A stretch of DNA of 35,195 nucleotides from Candidatus Zixiibacteriota bacterium. GTDB taxonomy: Bacteria > RBG-13-66-14 > B26-G2 > WVWN01. Shown piece by piece: positions 32,790 through 35,195 of this stretch (position 1 is the stretch's first letter; each line of letters starts with the position of its first letter). The notes beneath the pieces are model-generated. The model saw only the letters and a list, made by a program, of their open reading frames with translations, was not told where the DNA came from and did not search any database. The stretch covers positions 1 to 35,195 of the forward strand of contig JASFLY010000027.1 of NCBI GenBank assembly GCA_050117845.1, in the 5' to 3' direction. The translations under genes were made by a program, and so were the position numbers.

Positions 32790-33932
32790 CTAGTTTTTCA
32801 TTTCGTCGGTGCGCGCCCGCTGCCGGATGAACGCCGGTATATCGAACTCGTTCTCGATAAGCGCGTCGTCGAAATCTATGGACGTGCCTTCCGGAGGGGA
32901 CGGCGGGAGAGGAGCCGCGTGCACCATGGAGGCCGGGACCTGGGTATCGCCGAAGATGCTGACCTCCTGCGTCGCGGCGGCCTCGAAGCCGGTGGCGATG
33001 ACGGTTATCCGGAACTCGTCCAGGCCGTCCTCCACCACGGCGCCCACGATGATGTTGGCGTCCTCGTCGGCCACCTCGTTGACGATGGCGACGGCCTCGT
33101 TGATTTCGTGCAGCGTCATGTCCGGGCCGCCGGTAACGTTGATAAGAATGCCCCGGGCGCCCTTGATGTTCATGCCGTCGAGCAGGGGGCTCGAGATGAC
33201 GTTCTGCGCCGCGACGGTCGCCCGGTCCTCGCCGGTGCCGGCGCCGGTGCCCATGATGGCGCTGCCGCCCGACTCCGACATAACCGCCCGGACGTCCGCG
33301 AAGTCGACGTTGATGAGGCCCGGGACCGTGATGAGGTCCGAGATGCCCCGCACCGCCTGCACCAGCACGTCGTCCGCCAGGCGGAACGACTCCGTTATCG
33401 TCGTCTCCCGCGCCACTATCTTGAGCAGCTTTTCGTTGGGAACGACGATGAGCGTATCCACCCGGTTCGCGAGTTCGGCCAGGCCCGATTCCGCTATCTT
33501 GAGCCGCCGCGGCCCCTCGAAGTGGAAGGGGCGCGTCACGACGGCCACGGTAAGCGCGCCGAGTTCGCTCGCTATCTCGGCCACGACCGGCCCCGCGCCG
33601 GTGCCCGTGCCGCCGCCCATGCCGGCGGTAACGAACACCATATCCGAACCCTCGAGCGCCCGGTAGAGCGATTCGCGGTCTTCCTCGGCGGCGAGACGGC
33701 CGACGTCCGGCTTGCCCCCGGCCCCGAGGCCCTTGGTCAACTGGGAGCCTATCTGTATCTTCTGCAACGCCTTGGTCTGGCGGAGCACCTGGGCGTCGGT
33801 ATTGGCGACGATGAACTCAACGCCCCGGATCTTGGCGTCGATCATCCGGTTCACGGCGTTTCCGCCCCCGCCGCCGATACCCATCACCTTGATGGTGGCG
33901 AAATGTTCGTATTCCGGCGTGAACTCCAGCAT
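32790..33932 (-). CDS. ftsZ: Cell division protein FtsZ
   Basis: [30 protein letters not shown] and a C-terminal [17 protein letters not shown] before ATG 33932. Confidence 0.98.
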   Translation of the reverse strand: MLEFTPEYEHFATIKVMGIGGGGGNAVNRMIDAKIRGVEFIVANTDAQVLRQTKALQKIQIGSQLTKGLGAGGKPDVGRLAAEEDRESLYRALEGSDMVFVTAGMGGGTGTGAGPVVAEIASELGALTVAVVTRPFHFEGPRRLKIAESGLAELANRVDTLIVVPNEKLLKIVARETTITESFRLADDVLVQAVRGISDLITVPGLINVDFADVRAVMSESGGSAIMGTGAGTGEDRATVAAQNVISSPLLDGMNIKGARGILINVTGGPDMTLHEINEAVAIVNEVADEDANIIVGAVVEDGLDEFRITVIATGFEAAATQEVSIFGDTQVPASMVHAAPLPPSPPEGTSIDFDDALIENEFDIPAFIRQRARTDEMKN

Positions 33933-33943
33933 TTTATTACCTC

Positions 33944-35182
33944 CTAAAAGATGTTTTCCATCCAAGATTTCATCTGCGAGAAGATCTTATGGAATATAAC
34001 CGTCTCGTTATCTCCGCCTTCCAGGAAACGGCCGCCCTCGGGCAGGTTGTAGAGGATAAGGCCCACGCCCGTGGCGAAAATGGGGTCGGCCACCGATTCC
34101 GAAAGGCCCGTGATGCCAAGCGGCACGCCCACGCGCGTCGGCGTGTTGAAGACCTGGTCGCCGAGCTCGTCGATGCCTTCCAGGTTGGCGCAGCCGCCCG
34201 TCAGGACGACGCCGGCGGCGAGATGGTCGGCGTAACCGGACTGGCCGATTTCCCGTTTGATAAGGGTTATTATCTCTTCCAGCCGCGCCTGGACGATTTC
34301 GGCGATGTAGCTACGGTCGATCATCCGGGCCCGCCGGCCGCCCACGTCGGCCACCTCCACGACGCCGTCCTCCGAAACCATGTTGGTCATCGCGACGGCG
34401 TATTTCTGTTTAATCTGCTCCGCGGCCAACCGCGGCGTCCGAAGGCCCACGGCGAGGTCGCGCGTTATCTGGTCGCCGCCCACCGCCAGCACCGACGTGT
34501 GGCGCACCGAGCCCTCGTGGAAAATGGCGATGTCGGTCGTGCCGCCGCCCATGTCGACGAGCGCCACGCCCAGCTCCATCTCGTCGCCCGTCAGGACCGC
34601 CCGGGCCGAGGCCAGCGGCTCCAGCACGAGGCGGTTGACCTTCAGGCCGGCCCGGTTGATGCTTCGCACGAGGTTCTGCGCGGACGTTATGGCGCCGGTT
34701 ACGATGTGGACGTCGGCCTCGAGGCGCGTCGCCACCATCCCCCGCGGGTCCCGTATCCCCCGCTGGTCGTCGACGGCGAACTCCTTGGGCAGGACGTGCA
34801 GGACTTCCCGGTCCACCGGCAGGGCTATGGCCTTCGCCTGCTCCACACAGCGGTCGATGTCCTTTTTCGTAATCTCCTTGTCGGCGCTCGAGATGGCGAC
34901 TATGCCCTTGCTGTTCATGCTCTTGATGTGGCCGCCGGCGATGCCGACGTTGACCGCGCTAACTTCCACGCCGGCCATCTGTTCGGCTTCCCGCACCGCC
35001 TCCACCACGGACTGAACCGTACTCTCGATATTCACGACCATGCCGCGTTTGCTGCCGAGCGAGGGCGCCAGGCCGGTCCCCAGTATCTCCACGGCCGGGC
35101 CGCCGTCCTGCTTCGCTATCACGCAGCACACCTTGGTCGTGCCCACGTCCACCCCGGCGACGATATTAAACCGCTCCGTCAT
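33944..35182 (-). CDS. ftsA: Cell division protein FtsA
   Basis: [24 protein letters not shown] and a C-terminal amphipathic helix. The start is ATG 35182 or GTG 35194 at the window edge. Confidence 0.97.
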   Translation of the reverse strand: MTERFNIVAGVDVGTTKVCCVIAKQDGGPAVEILGTGLAPSLGSKRGMVVNIESTVQSVVEAVREAEQMAGVEVSAVNVGIAGGHIKSMNSKGIVAISSADKEITKKDIDRCVEQAKAIALPVDREVLHVLPKEFAVDDQRGIRDPRGMVATRLEADVHIVTGAITSAQNLVRSINRAGLKVNRLVLEPLASARAVLTGDEMELGVALVDMGGGTTDIAIFHEGSVRHTSVLAVGGDQITRDLAVGLRTPRLAAEQIKQKYAVAMTNMVSEDGVVEVADVGGRRARMIDRSYIAEIVQARLEEIITLIKREIGQSGYADHLAAGVVLTGGCANLEGIDELGDQVFNTPTRVGVPLGITGLSESVADPIFATGVGLILYNLPEGGRFLEGGDNETVIFHKIFSQMKSWMENIF

Positions 35183-35195
35183 CCGTTGCGTCACC

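Overview
GC-rich bacterial chromosomal window, densely coding and mostly on the minus strand. I found no tRNA, rRNA, CRISPR array, integrase or transposase. Left to right: (1) a secreted DGxYLW beta-propeller gene missed by the ORF track, ending in a PASFGxVRALY tail; (2) a self-contained Wsp/Frz-like chemosensory operon (sensorless MCP, hybrid CheA-REC, CheB, single-domain receiver, coiled-coil/GAF protein) with no stand-alone CheW and no CheR; (3) envelope-modification genes (membrane sulfatase-like protein with Thr at the nucleophile position, GT-C glycosyltransferase, heptose-phosphate kinase, NodU/CmcH carbamoyltransferase), interleaved with an XRE - SH3 - ImmA/IrrE - trmFO unit; (4) a ~12.5 kb minus-strand run: ABC1/UbiB kinase, AMMECR1-domain protein with a signal peptide, secreted YD-like repeat protein, 5'-nucleotidase, ThiS-like/SelA-like fusion, bioY, yjbQ, creatininase family, ftcD, pseudo-cyclase STAND/TPR protein, half-size GDT1; (5) infC (AUC start)-rpmI-rplT-pdxA, a sensorless histidine kinase and a four-repeat 'FGSW..AL.AAG' protein; (6) ftsZ and ftsA. 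The most unusual items are the ThiS-GG/SelA-like pseudo-enzyme fusion, the reduced chemosensory operon with a GAF output, the apparently exported AMMECR1 protein, the C-terminal tail motif, and two leaderless-type promoters. All family calls come from motif recognition by eye, not from database searches. A candidate-phylum (FCB-group-like) origin is only a guess from the tail motif.
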